Shown here piece by piece: positions 38,048-47,530 of a DNA stretch of 64,000 bases. Numbering within the stretch: position 1 is the stretch's first letter; each line of letters begins with the position of its first letter. The translations under genes and the position numbers were made by a program. A model generated the notes under the pieces. The model was not told the origin of the DNA. It saw only the letters and a program-made list of their open reading frames with translations, and did no database searches. Origin of the DNA: a bacterium (GTDB taxonomy: Bacteria > RBG-13-61-14 > DATKZS01); the NCBI GenBank assembly GCA_963674965.2, contig CAXXFL010000007.1, positions 128,001-192,000 on the forward strand, in the 5' to 3' direction.

Positions 38048-38917
38048 TCAGCCCTTCAGTTTATCGAGCAGCGTTTGCCTGAAGCGCTCTCCCAGTTCGG
38101 GGTGTTTGAGCGCGTAATGGACGTTGGCCTCGAGGAAGCCCAGCTTGTCGCCCGCGTCGAAGCGCTCGCCCTCGAATATTAGGCCCATTACCTCTCCCTG
38201 GCCCGCTCGGGCGTTGATGGCGTCGGTAATCTGGATTTCCCCGCCCACTCCGGGGGGGGTCGCGTCGATGGCCTCGAAAATTTCCGGGGTGAAAAGGTAG
38301 CGGCTGACGATGCCGAGATTGGAGGGCGCGTCCTCGGGCCGGGGCTTCTCGATGGCCCTTTTCACCAGGACCACCCTCTCCGAGACCGGCTCGTGCTCGA
38401 CCATGCCGTACCAGGAAATCTGGTGTGGCGGAACGTCCATCAACGCCACCACCGACTTTCCGTGCTCCTCATACACGTCCATCAACTGGCGGCAGGCCGG
38501 CCGCTCGGGGTTGTCGATCATGTCGTCGGGAAGGAGCACCACGAAGGGCTCGCGGCCCACGGCCACCCTGCCCCGCCCGATGGCGTGCCCCAGACCCAGG
38601 GGCCGCGCCTGCCTGACGGTAACGATCTCGCAAAGGGATTGCAACTCCTTGACGTTCCTCAATAACGCGTCCTTGCCCCGCCTCTCGAGCATGTCCTCGA
38701 GTTCCGGCGAGGCGTCGAAATGATCGGCCATGGCGTGCTTGCCGTGGGCCGTGACCAGCACCACCCGCTCGATCCCCGAGGCCGCGCACTCCTCGATCAT
38801 GTACTGAAGGATGGGCTTGTCCACGATGGGCATCATTTCCTTGGGTATGACCTTGGTGGCGGGCAGGAAACGAGTTCCCAGTCCCGCCGCAGGAATCACG
38901 GCTTGTCTTATCTTCAT
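38048..38917 (-). CDS. galU: UTP--glucose-1-phosphate uridylyltransferase
   Basis: AVIPAAGLGTRFLPATK.IPKEM, GEIQITDA. Confidence 0.95.
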   Translation of the reverse strand: MKIRQAVIPAAGLGTRFLPATKVIPKEMMPIVDKPILQYMIEECAASGIERVVLVTAHGKHAMADHFDASPELEDMLERRGKDALLRNVKELQSLCEIVTVRQARPLGLGHAIGRGRVAVGREPFVVLLPDDMIDNPERPACRQLMDVYEEHGKSVVALMDVPPHQISWYGMVEHEPVSERVVLVKRAIEKPRPEDAPSNLGIVSRYLFTPEIFEAIDATPPGVGGEIQITDAINARAGQGEVMGLIFEGERFDAGDKLGFLEANVHYALKHPELGERFRQTLLDKLKG

Positions 38918-38964
38918 CGAATCTCCCTTGCATATTTATTCGGCCGGGCCAAACTTATCGATCT

Positions 38965-40236
38965 TCATGGGGTCTTAAGCGCCCCTCCCACGAACACGGC
39001 CTTGGCCTTGCCCTTGACCTTCCAGCCCTGGAAGGGCGTGTACCTTCCCTTGGAGTAAAATTTGCTCGCCTCGACGATCCACTCCTCCTCCGGGTCCAAG
39101 ACGGTCACGTCGGCTATCTGCCCAGGGGCCAGGCTCCCTCCCTCGACGCCCAGTATCTCGGCCGGCGCGGCCGAGACCAGTTCGACCCACCGGGAGGGCG
39201 ACAAATGCCCTTCCCTCACCAGGGACAATGATAATGGCAAAATGGTCTCGAGACCCACGATGCCGTTGGCGGCCATGGCGAACTCGACGTCCTTCTCGAC
39301 CGAGCTGTGAGGGGCGTGGTCGCTGGCCACGGCGTCGATGGTCCCGTCGGCCAGCCCCGCGATAATGGCCAGCCTGTCCTCCTCGGACCGGAGGGGCGGG
39401 TTCATTTTGAAACGCGAGTCGTATCCCCGGACCGCCTCGTCGGTAAGAGTGAAGTAATGGGGGCAGGTCTCGGCCGTAACCCTGACTCCCCTCTCCTTGG
39501 CCCGCCTGACGATCCTTACCGACCCCTCGGTGGAAAGGTGCTGAAGGTGCAGCCTGCCGCCCGTAAGCTCGGCCATTAAAACGTCCCTGGCCACCATCAC
39601 CTCCTCGGCCGCGCCCGGGACCCCCGCCAGTCCCAGCTCGGTACTGACGTGGCTCTCGTTCATGCAGCCGCCCTCGGACAGGCTCGTCTGCTCCGGATGC
39701 GACAACAAGGGAACGCCCAGACCCAGGCAGTACTCGAGGGCGTGGCGCATGATGAGGTCGCTGGTGATGGGATGGCCGTCGTCGCTCAGGGCCACGCAGC
39801 CCGCGCCGACCAGTTCTCCCATCTCCGCCAGTTCCTCACCCGCCAGTCCCCTGGTCACGGCCCCGACCGGATATATCCGGGCCTTGTCCGCCGCCCGGGC
39901 CCGATCCCGGATATAGTCGGTCACCGAGGCGTTGTCGTTCACCGTCCTCGTGTTGGCCATGCAGGCAACGGCCGAGACGCCGCCGGCGACGGCCGCCGAG
40001 GAACCCGAGGCTATGGTCTCCTTGTACTCCTCGCCGGGTTCGCGAAGATGGACGTGCATGTCGATAAGGCCGGGTACCACCCACTTGCCCGAGGCGTCGA
40101 AAACCTCGTCGTGATCGGCCGATGACCCGGGCTCGAGTATGGCCTTGATCCTTTCGTCCTCGATGAGCACGTCCCTTTGATCGCTTATGCCCTGGCTGGG
40201 GTCGATGACCCGCCCGCCCTTAATTAGCGTCTTCAT
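38965..40236 (-). CDS. pyrC: Dihydroorotase
   Basis: [24 protein letters not shown]; lies downstream of pyrB. Confidence 0.95.
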   Translation of the reverse strand: MKTLIKGGRVIDPSQGISDQRDVLIEDERIKAILEPGSSADHDEVFDASGKWVVPGLIDMHVHLREPGEEYKETIASGSSAAVAGGVSAVACMANTRTVNDNASVTDYIRDRARAADKARIYPVGAVTRGLAGEELAEMGELVGAGCVALSDDGHPITSDLIMRHALEYCLGLGVPLLSHPEQTSLSEGGCMNESHVSTELGLAGVPGAAEEVMVARDVLMAELTGGRLHLQHLSTEGSVRIVRRAKERGVRVTAETCPHYFTLTDEAVRGYDSRFKMNPPLRSEEDRLAIIAGLADGTIDAVASDHAPHSSVEKDVEFAMAANGIVGLETILPLSLSLVREGHLSPSRWVELVSAAPAEILGVEGGSLAPGQIADVTVLDPEEEWIVEASKFYSKGRYTPFQGWKVKGKAKAVFVGGALKTP

Positions 40237-41155
40237 GCTTTCCTCCGCACAAAAGGAAAAGGAGCGCCATTCTGACGGCCACCCCGTTCTCCACCTGCTC
40301 CAGGATGATCGAGCGGGGACCGTCCGCCACCTCGGGGCTGATCTCGACCCCCCGGTTGACGGGGCCCGGATGCATGATAAGCGCCTCATTTTTGGCGCGC
40401 TCGAGGCGAGCCGAGTTGAGACCGTAGCGGATCGAGTACTCCCTTAAGGAGGGAAACCGCGAGCCGCTTCCCCTCTCGAGCTGTATGCGCAGCGTCATGA
40501 TCACGTCGGCGTCCTTGATGGCCTCGTCCAGGTCGTAGGAAACGGAGGCCCCCATTCTTTCGATCCCCTTGGGGATGAGGGTGGGCGGCCCGCACACCGT
40601 CACCCGACTTCCCATGGTGGTGAAGCCCTGGACGTTCGAGCGGGCGACCCGGCTGTTGGTTATGTCCCCCACGATCACCACCTTGAGGCCGTCAAGGCGC
40701 CCGAGCTTTTCCCGGACGCTGAACATGTCCAGGAGCGCCTGGGTCGGATGAGCGTGGGCCCCGTCCCCCGCGTTGATGATGGGCGTGGGCACGGCCCGGG
40801 CTATCATGTGAGGGGCCCCCGCCATGCGGTGCCGGATCACCAGGATGTCCGGCGACATGGCCTGGATGTTTCGGACCGTGTCCAAAAGGGTCTCGCCCTT
40901 GGTCAGGCTCGAGGCGCCGGGCGAGAAGTTGATGGTGTCGGCCGAGAGCCTTTTTCCCGCCAGCTCGAAGCTCATGCGGGTCCGGGTGGAGGGCTCGAAG
41001 AAGAGGTTCACGTGGGTGAGTCCCTTCAAGGTGGGGACTTTCTTGATCCTTCTCTTGTTGATCTCCTTGAGGGAGTCCGCCGTGTCCAGGATGGCCGTTA
41101 TATCGCCCTGGCTCACGTCCGTCAGGTCGAGAAGGTTCCTGATCTTCAATTCCAT
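40220..41155 (-). CDS. pyrB: Aspartate carbamoyltransferase catalytic subunit
   Basis: [24 protein letters not shown]. Confidence 0.97.
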   Translation of the reverse strand: MELKIRNLLDLTDVSQGDITAILDTADSLKEINKRRIKKVPTLKGLTHVNLFFEPSTRTRMSFELAGKRLSADTINFSPGASSLTKGETLLDTVRNIQAMSPDILVIRHRMAGAPHMIARAVPTPIINAGDGAHAHPTQALLDMFSVREKLGRLDGLKVVIVGDITNSRVARSNVQGFTTMGSRVTVCGPPTLIPKGIERMGASVSYDLDEAIKDADVIMTLRIQLERGSGSRFPSLREYSIRYGLNSARLERAKNEALIMHPGPVNRGVEISPEVADGPRSIILEQVENGVAVRMALLFLLCGGKHEDAN

Positions 41156-41170
41156 GGCCAGACCTCCATG

Positions 41171-41734
41171 TCACTCTCCCTCCTTTTTTTGAAGCTCATC
41201 GTCGCCCTCCACCAAAAGGACCTCGTCCTTTTCGCCGCCCACCGAGACGTTGACCAGGTCGCCCCTGGCCGTGGGTACGTTCCTGCCCACGTAGTCGGGC
41301 CGGATGGGAAGCTCGCGGTGGCCCCTGTCTATCAGCACGGCCAGTTGGATGCTTTTGGGCCTTCCCAGGTCCATAAGGGCGTCCATGGCCGCCCGGATGG
41401 TCCGGCCCGTGAAGAGCACGTCGTCCACCAGGATGATGGTCTTGCCCTCGACCGGGAAGTCGATCACCGTCTTTTTCACCTTGATGTTGGTGCGGCTGTG
41501 GAATATATCGTCGCGGTACATGGTCACGTCGATGTACCCGCAGGAGGACGAATTCGACTCGATCTCGCCCAGAAGCGAGCAAAGACGCTTGGCCATGCCC
41601 TCTCCTCCGCTGCGCACGCCGACCAGGGCCACGTCCCTGGCCCCCTTGTTGCGCTCGACTATCTCGTGGGCGATGCGCCTCAGGGCGCGGTCTATGGCCT
41701 CGTGGTCGAGCATTACCCGCTCGCGTGGTTTCAT
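41171..41734 (-). CDS. pyrR: PyrR attenuation regulator/UPRTase
   Basis: RIAHEIVERN, YRDD, LVDDVLFTGRT, DRGHRELPIRPDYVG. Confidence 0.96.
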   Translation of the reverse strand: MKPRERVMLDHEAIDRALRRIAHEIVERNKGARDVALVGVRSGGEGMAKRLCSLLGEIESNSSSCGYIDVTMYRDDIFHSRTNIKVKKTVIDFPVEGKTIILVDDVLFTGRTIRAAMDALMDLGRPKSIQLAVLIDRGHRELPIRPDYVGRNVPTARGDLVNVSVGGEKDEVLLVEGDDELQKKEGE

Positions 41735-41766
41735 GGGGACCTCCCGGCGTCCCCTCCCGGAGACGT

Positions 41767-41867
41767 AAAAAAAACCTTCTCCTCAAGGAGAAGGCGTGGG
41801 TCGGTGGTAATTTTTCGCTGGCGTCTCATTATCCTTCCTTTCTTACCTCGCCGGATAAAATTAAAGG
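41767..41867 (-). promoter_or_regulatory. PyrR-binding loop and attenuator terminator
   Basis: Minus strand CCTTTAA-ttttaTCCGGCGAGGtaag-AAAGG (41837-41867) resembles the PyrR loop; hairpin CCTTCTCC/GGAGAAGG plus T8 at 41767-41794. Confidence 0.85.
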
Positions 41868-41910
41868 ACGGACATTGAAAACCACTATGGCTTTTCAATG
41901 GTCGGGTAGA

Positions 41911-41939
41911 AGACTACCACCATGAAAGAGCCGTGTCAA
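41911..41939 (-). promoter_or_regulatory. Sigma70-type promoter of pyrRBC
   Basis: TTGACA-N17-TAGTCT with TGn extension. Confidence 0.65.
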
Positions 41940-42080
41940 CGCCGTTTTCGATTCATGTTTTTTTTAAGCTCGCCGGCGAGCGAGTCCCCGCGTTTTCACG
42001 TCTCGATGGCAACTTAGAGCAAGTTATTATCGCCTAAGCCCTTGCGGAGTTGGGGTAAGTTTATTATTGTAGGCATTGGG

Positions 42081-43922
42081 ATGAAGACTGCCATCATAGG
42101 GGGCGGGAGGGGCTGCCGGGACATACTCGAGCTGGCGCTGGAGGGCAGGCTGAAGACCATCAGCCTGAACGTGCTTTGCGTGGTCGACCCCTCCCCCGAG
42201 GCTCCCGGCGCCGTCTACGCCCGAGGCCACAACATCACGACCTTGTCGGAGATGGAGCCGGCCATCCGCCTCCCGGGTCTCGACCTGATCCTCGAGGTCA
42301 CGGGCCGCGACGACATCCTGGAAAGGATATATCAACTGGTCCCCCCCGGGGTCAGGGTCATGGACCACATGCTCGCCCGCGTCTTCTGGGACGTCGAGCA
42401 GGCCGAGCACAGGTTGCGGGACCAGCTTCGGAAGAGCCTCGAGCTCGAGTGGCAGATCGAGCGAGACCGGCGCGAGCTGCAGGAGATACTCGACGCCATG
42501 CCCGACGTGGTGATGGTGATCAACAAGGACCGTCGTATCGATCGGGTCAACGCCCGGTTCGAGCAGATGACGGGCATCGGCCGGGAGGAGGCCCACGGCA
42601 TGCTCTGCAAGGAGGCCTTCTGCGGCAGTGGCGACTTCCAGCGCTGCCGGGAGGGCAACCTGTGCAGCTTCGACGAGGTCCTGGCCAAGGACGGCCCGGT
42701 GGTGTCGATTCATTTGGGGGGCCGCCGCGACGGCGACGAGAGCTACTCCGAGGTGACGGCCAACCCTATCCGGGACGGCGAGGGAGAGGTAATCCAGATA
42801 GTCGAGACCTTCCGCCCCATCACCGAGCAGGTCCTCCTCAAGCGGGAGACGGAGGAAAGCGAGCGCCGCTTCCGCCAGTTCCTGGACGCCACTCACGACG
42901 TCATCGTGATGAAGGACATGGCGGGCCGCTACCTTTACATCAACCAGCGCGCTGCCGAGATGGCGGGCAGGCAGCCCGAGGACTTCGAGGGCCGCACTGA
43001 CTTCGAGCTGCTTCCGGGCAAGATAGCGCGGAGGATGCTCGAGCGGGACCGGGAGGCCATGGAGGAAAAGCGGCACGTGGCCAGGGAGGAGAAGCTGGTC
43101 ATCGGGGGCCGGGAGTATTACCTGGAGACGGTCCGGTTCCCCCTTTATGACTACAAGGGAGACGTGATCGGGGTCTCGAGCATCTCCCGCGATATCACGG
43201 AGCAAAAGCAGCTTCAGAGCGAGCTGCTACAGTCCGAGCGCCTGGCGGCGGTGGGCAAGCTGGCGGCGGGGGTGGCCCACGAGATCAACAATCCGCTGAC
43301 GGGCATCCTGACCTTCGCCGAGAGCCTCCTGCTGGAGGCGGAGGAGGACGACCCGGCCCGTGAGGACTACGAGGTCATCATCAGGGAGACCATGCGCTGC
43401 CGCCGCATAGTAAGGGACCTTCTCGACTACGCCCGCCTGGAAAAGCCCAAGCGGGAATTAAGCGATTTAAACCGCCTGGTCGAGCGGTCCGTTTCCATGG
43501 TCGAGAAACAGGCCGACTTTCACGACGTCAAAATCGAGCGGGATTTTCTCATCGCCCTTCCCGAGGTGAGCGTGGACCCGAACCAGATTCAGCAGGTCAT
43601 ACTCAACCTTGTGATCAACGCCAAGGACGCCATGAAAAAAGTGGGGACCATATCGCTCAAGACCGGGGTGGACGAGTCGGGCAACAAGGTCACCCTCGAG
43701 ATATCGGACGACGGTCCGGGCATTCCCCCCCGCGACAGGAAAAGGATTTTCGAGCCCTTCTACACGACCAAGGGGGCGGAGGGAAACGGTTTGGGCCTTC
43801 CCGTTGTCCTTAATATCATCGAGCAGCACGGCGGCAAGGTCTCGGTGGATGAATCCGAGATGGGTGGCGCCTTGTTTAGAATAACTCTGCCGTCGGCCAA
43901 GGCGGCTCAGCCGGAGGAATAA
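42081..43922 (+). CDS. Cytoplasmic PAS-PAS histidine kinase with N-terminal Rossmann-like domain
   Basis: AIIGGGRG, two PAS domains, AHEINNPL, NLVINAKDA, DDGPG, GNGLGL. Confidence 0.92.
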   Translation: MKTAIIGGGRGCRDILELALEGRLKTISLNVLCVVDPSPEAPGAVYARGHNITTLSEMEPAIRLPGLDLILEVTGRDDILERIYQLVPPGVRVMDHMLARVFWDVEQAEHRLRDQLRKSLELEWQIERDRRELQEILDAMPDVVMVINKDRRIDRVNARFEQMTGIGREEAHGMLCKEAFCGSGDFQRCREGNLCSFDEVLAKDGPVVSIHLGGRRDGDESYSEVTANPIRDGEGEVIQIVETFRPITEQVLLKRETEESERRFRQFLDATHDVIVMKDMAGRYLYINQRAAEMAGRQPEDFEGRTDFELLPGKIARRMLERDREAMEEKRHVAREEKLVIGGREYYLETVRFPLYDYKGDVIGVSSISRDITEQKQLQSELLQSERLAAVGKLAAGVAHEINNPLTGILTFAESLLLEAEEDDPAREDYEVIIRETMRCRRIVRDLLDYARLEKPKRELSDLNRLVERSVSMVEKQADFHDVKIERDFLIALPEVSVDPNQIQQVILNLVINAKDAMKKVGTISLKTGVDESGNKVTLEISDDGPGIPPRDRKRIFEPFYTTKGAEGNGLGLPVVLNIIEQHGGKVSVDESEMGGALFRITLPSAKAAQPEE

Positions 43923-43923
43923 A

Positions 43924-44691
43924 ATGACCGACCGGATAAAAATACTGGTGGTGGACGACGAGGAAATCGTGCTGGCCAGCGTTAGCAGGATACTCAAAAG
44001 AGAGGGGCACGAGGTCGAGGGGGTGCTCACGGCCCACGAGGGCATCGAGAAGGCCAGGACGGGTGAGTATTCGCTCGTCATCACCGACCTCATGATGCCG
44101 GAGATGAACGGCATCGAGATGATGCACGCCCTGCGCACGGACGGCCTTGACGTTCCCTTTTTAATGGTGACGGGATACCCGACCATCAGGACGGCCATGC
44201 AGGCCCTGAGGCTGGGAGCCATCGACTATATCCCCAAACCCTTTACGCGGGTCGAGCTGTTAGGACCGGTCAACCGGGCCCTTCGGCGCAGGGAGGTCAA
44301 GGACGTGGGCGAGGAGGGGGCCTCCGGCGCGGCGGCCAAGACGGTGACGCCCGGAGACCGCTTCGTGCTACCCGAGCACAGTTGGGCCATCTACGACCAG
44401 GACGGGACGGTGGCCATAGGCGTCGAGGGGTCCTTTCTCCGGTCCATCGGGTCGGTCGAGAAAATCGAGGCCCCGGGCATGAACGAGATGATCGAGCAGG
44501 GATATCCCACCATCAGGCTTCACGCCGACGACGGCCATTCCCACGGGGTGTTCGCCCCCTTCTCCGGGCGCGTCACGGCCGTGAACGACGGCGTGGCCGA
44601 TTCTCCGGAACGTCTTTCCTCCACCGAATGGGTCATCAGGGTAATCCCCTCGAACCTGAAGGCGGAGACGGCCATGCTGGTGAAGGTCTAA
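43924..44691 (+). CDS. Response regulator fused to a glycine-cleavage-H-like domain
   Basis: VVDDE, TDLMMP, KPF; then EHSWA..GTVAIG, FAPFSGRVTAVN, WVIRV. Confidence 0.85.
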   Translation: MTDRIKILVVDDEEIVLASVSRILKREGHEVEGVLTAHEGIEKARTGEYSLVITDLMMPEMNGIEMMHALRTDGLDVPFLMVTGYPTIRTAMQALRLGAIDYIPKPFTRVELLGPVNRALRRREVKDVGEEGASGAAAKTVTPGDRFVLPEHSWAIYDQDGTVAIGVEGSFLRSIGSVEKIEAPGMNEMIEQGYPTIRLHADDGHSHGVFAPFSGRVTAVNDGVADSPERLSSTEWVIRVIPSNLKAETAMLVKV

Positions 44692-44736
44692 GGGCTTTCT
44701 TGATTCGCGCCGCGACGGGGGGCACAATAAGACCCC

Positions 44737-45690
44737 ATGTCTGACGTTGCTCTATTCGTTCTGGCTTTCCTGGGCGGCCTGGCCGTTCTGTCGCTCGGGG
44801 CGGAGTGGCTGCTGAGGGGCTCCCGGGACCTGGCCCTGCGGATGGGGGTCAGTCCCATCGTGGTGGGCCTGACGGTGGTGGCCTTCGGCACGAGCGCCCC
44901 GGAGCTGGTCGTCTCCATAATCGCCGCCATCCAGGACTCACCCGACGTGGCCGTGGCCAACGTGGTGGGATCGAACATAGCCAACGTGGGACTTATAATC
45001 GGTCTCACCGCCATTATCCTGCCTCTTCCGTCGGACCGGTCTTTCCTTAAGATGGACATGCCTCTTCTGGCCGCGGCCATGGCGCTACTATTTTTTATCT
45101 CTATGGACGGGGTGCTCTCGAGACTTGACGGAGCGATATTGCTCGCCGGCCTTTTCGGTTTCATAGCGATCACCTATATGACTTCGCACAAAAGGGAGAA
45201 GGAGGAGGACAAGGAAGAGGAGGACAAGCCGTCCGGTGGGTGGGGCGGTTCGACCTTCCGGACCGCGGCGGGCCTGATTTGTCTCTCGGCCGGGGCCAGG
45301 GCGATGGTCTGGGGGGCCGTGGGCATAGCGGACAAGGCGGGGATATCCCAGGTGGTAATAGGAGCGACCATCGTGGCGGTGGGAACGAGTCTTCCCGAGC
45401 TGGCCACGTCTCTGATAGCGGTCATCAGGAAGCAACCCGACATCGGCCTGGGCAACGTGATCGGATCGAACGTCTTCAACATTTGCTCCATATTGGGCAT
45501 CGCGCCGATTATCAAGCCCCTTCCCATTCACTCGAGCATCCTTTACGCCCAGTATCCCATCATGATCGCCTTTGCGGCCCTTTTAGCCATTATGCTGGCC
45601 AAAAAAAGAAACCAGATCACCAGGCTGGAAGGGGGAATTCTTTTCGCGGCCTACGTCGCCTTCATGGTCTGGGCCTTCGCGGCTGGTTAA
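44737..45690 (+). CDS. Ca2+/Na+ antiporter (CaCA, YrbG-like)
   Basis: GTSAPEL/GSNIAN and GTSLPEL/GSNVFN alpha repeats. Confidence 0.92.
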   Translation: MSDVALFVLAFLGGLAVLSLGAEWLLRGSRDLALRMGVSPIVVGLTVVAFGTSAPELVVSIIAAIQDSPDVAVANVVGSNIANVGLIIGLTAIILPLPSDRSFLKMDMPLLAAAMALLFFISMDGVLSRLDGAILLAGLFGFIAITYMTSHKREKEEDKEEEDKPSGGWGGSTFRTAAGLICLSAGARAMVWGAVGIADKAGISQVVIGATIVAVGTSLPELATSLIAVIRKQPDIGLGNVIGSNVFNICSILGIAPIIKPLPIHSSILYAQYPIMIAFAALLAIMLAKKRNQITRLEGGILFAAYVAFMVWAFAAG

Positions 45691-45705
45691 AGGTTGGGAT
45701 TGTAG

Positions 45706-46290
45706 ATGCGAGTAACGTCCGCCGAGTTTATCAAGAGCGCCTCCGACTCCTCGGGCTATCCCGAGGAGGGCCTTCCCGAGGCGGCCTTCGCCGGAAGGTC
45801 CAACGTGGGAAAAAGCTCGCTCATCAACAAGCTGGTCAGCCGTAAAAAACTGGCCAAGACCAGCTCGACCCCCGGCCACACCCGGCTCGTAAACTTTTTC
45901 CGCGTGAACGATAAAGTGGTCCTGGCCGACCTTCCCGGCTACGGCTACGCCAAGGCCTCGATAAAGGAAAGGGAGCGCTGGAAAAGGATGGTCGAGGAAT
46001 ACCTCGTCAACCGGCGCGAGCTGAAGGCCGTGGTTATCATCGTGGACATTCGCAGGGCGCCGGGTCAGGAGGAAAAGGACCTGGTAGCCTTTCTGACGGG
46101 AGAGGGCATAACGCCCGTCCTGGTGGCGACCAAGGCGGACAAGCTGGGCAAGACCAGGCGGCTAAAGCCGCTCCGGGAAATTTCCGAGGCCTCGGGCGTT
46201 CCCCTCTCGGCGATAGTGACCTTTTCCGCCAGGACCGGTGAAGGCAGGGACGAGCTCTGGGCCCGGCTACGGAACATACTGGACTTTTAG
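45706..46290 (+). CDS. engB: GTP-binding protein EngB (YihA/YsxC)
   Basis: GRSNVGKSS, DLPGYGYA, TKADK. Confidence 0.95.
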   Translation: MRVTSAEFIKSASDSSGYPEEGLPEAAFAGRSNVGKSSLINKLVSRKKLAKTSSTPGHTRLVNFFRVNDKVVLADLPGYGYAKASIKERERWKRMVEEYLVNRRELKAVVIIVDIRRAPGQEEKDLVAFLTGEGITPVLVATKADKLGKTRRLKPLREISEASGVPLSAIVTFSARTGEGRDELWARLRNILDF

Positions 46291-46351
46291 GTCACCGGCT
46301 TGTGATCGGGAACGGGCCAAAGTACAATGGGATTTTGGGCCGAGGAGTCGC

Positions 46352-46915
46352 ATGCGAGTTATTGCCGGATCGCTCAAGGGCAGAAAGCTGATGATGAAAA
46401 AGGGCGCCATACGTCCCACCTCGGACAAGGTGCGCTCGGCCATCTTCAACATTCTGCCCCGCGACTTGTCGGAGGCGGTGGTCCTGGACCTTTTCGCCGG
46501 CACCGGCGCCATGGGCATCGAGGCCATCTCGAGGGGGGCGCTGAGGGCGGTCTTCGTGGACTCGGGCCGGGACTCGGCCAGGCTTCTGGCAAGGAACATC
46601 GAGGAAACGGGAGTGACGGAAAGGGCCCGGGTCATTCACCGGAACGCCGCCGGCGCCTTGAAGCTTCTTCGCGGCTACGGCGAGCGCTTCGATCTCGTTT
46701 TCATCGACCCGCCCTACGGGGGCGGCGAGGCGGAAAAAGTCATGAACCTTATCGGTGAGCCGGGCCTCTTAAACAATGGGGCCGTGGTGGTGGTCGAGCA
46801 CGACGCGAGCTCCGAGACCGCGTCCGGCTACGGAACGCTCGAGCTTACCGACAGGAGAAAATACGGGCGCACGGCGGCCTCGTTTTACGAGATCAAGGAG
46901 GCGTGGGCAAAATGA
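46352..46915 (+). CDS. rsmD: 16S rRNA m2G966 methyltransferase
   Basis: MRVIAG, RPT, LDLFAGTG, EAISRGA, DPPY. Confidence 0.94.
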   Translation: MRVIAGSLKGRKLMMKKGAIRPTSDKVRSAIFNILPRDLSEAVVLDLFAGTGAMGIEAISRGALRAVFVDSGRDSARLLARNIEETGVTERARVIHRNAAGALKLLRGYGERFDLVFIDPPYGGGEAEKVMNLIGEPGLLNNGAVVVVEHDASSETASGYGTLELTDRRKYGRTAASFYEIKEAWAK

Positions 46916-47511
46916 AGGGAAAAATATTTTTCATCGCGGCCCTCATGGCCATGGCCGCCGTCACGCCGCCGATCTCGCGCTCCGGGGCCGCGTCCTATCC
47001 CGAGGTCGAGCTCGCGCAGGCCGCCTACAGGCGGGACCCGTCGGATACCTCAAGATACCTGGGGGAGATACACTCGGACGATCAAAAGGGTTACTCGATT
47101 CGGCCCCCGGCCCAGTGGTACAAGGTGGTAAAAGGGAGTCGTTTCGACGTCAAGTTTTCCTCCCAGGAATATGACGCCTTCATTATGGTCAACCACGTGG
47201 ACGCGGAAGGGGAGATAAAAATCGACCGCGAGTTTTCCAAGTTCATCAAGGAAAAAAACCAGGCGGTCAAGGAAAGGGTCCCCAGCATGCGCGTCCTGTC
47301 CGATTTCCCCGGCAAGATCGGGGGAGTAAAGGGATGGAGAACGGAAATGGTCTTCCAGGCCGGTTCCAACCGCATACTCATGAACGTCTACTACGTCCCC
47401 CACAAAAACCGCCTTTGGATCATCACGACCATGTGTCCCGAGCTAAACGCCTCCAGGAAATGGGTGGGCGTCATTAGCGCGTCGGTCGATACCTTCCGGG
47501 CCATGAACTGA
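46912..47511 (+). CDS. Exported hypothetical protein (possibly PsbP/Mog1-like fold)
   Basis: Signal peptide, GYSIRPPAQW, C-terminal SVDTF; ATGA-coupled to rsmD. Confidence 0.65.
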   Translation: MKGKIFFIAALMAMAAVTPPISRSGAASYPEVELAQAAYRRDPSDTSRYLGEIHSDDQKGYSIRPPAQWYKVVKGSRFDVKFSSQEYDAFIMVNHVDAEGEIKIDREFSKFIKEKNQAVKERVPSMRVLSDFPGKIGGVKGWRTEMVFQAGSNRILMNVYYVPHKNRLWIITTMCPELNASRKWVGVISASVDTFRAMN

Positions 47512-47530
47512 AGGGAGAGCCAACCGGCAA

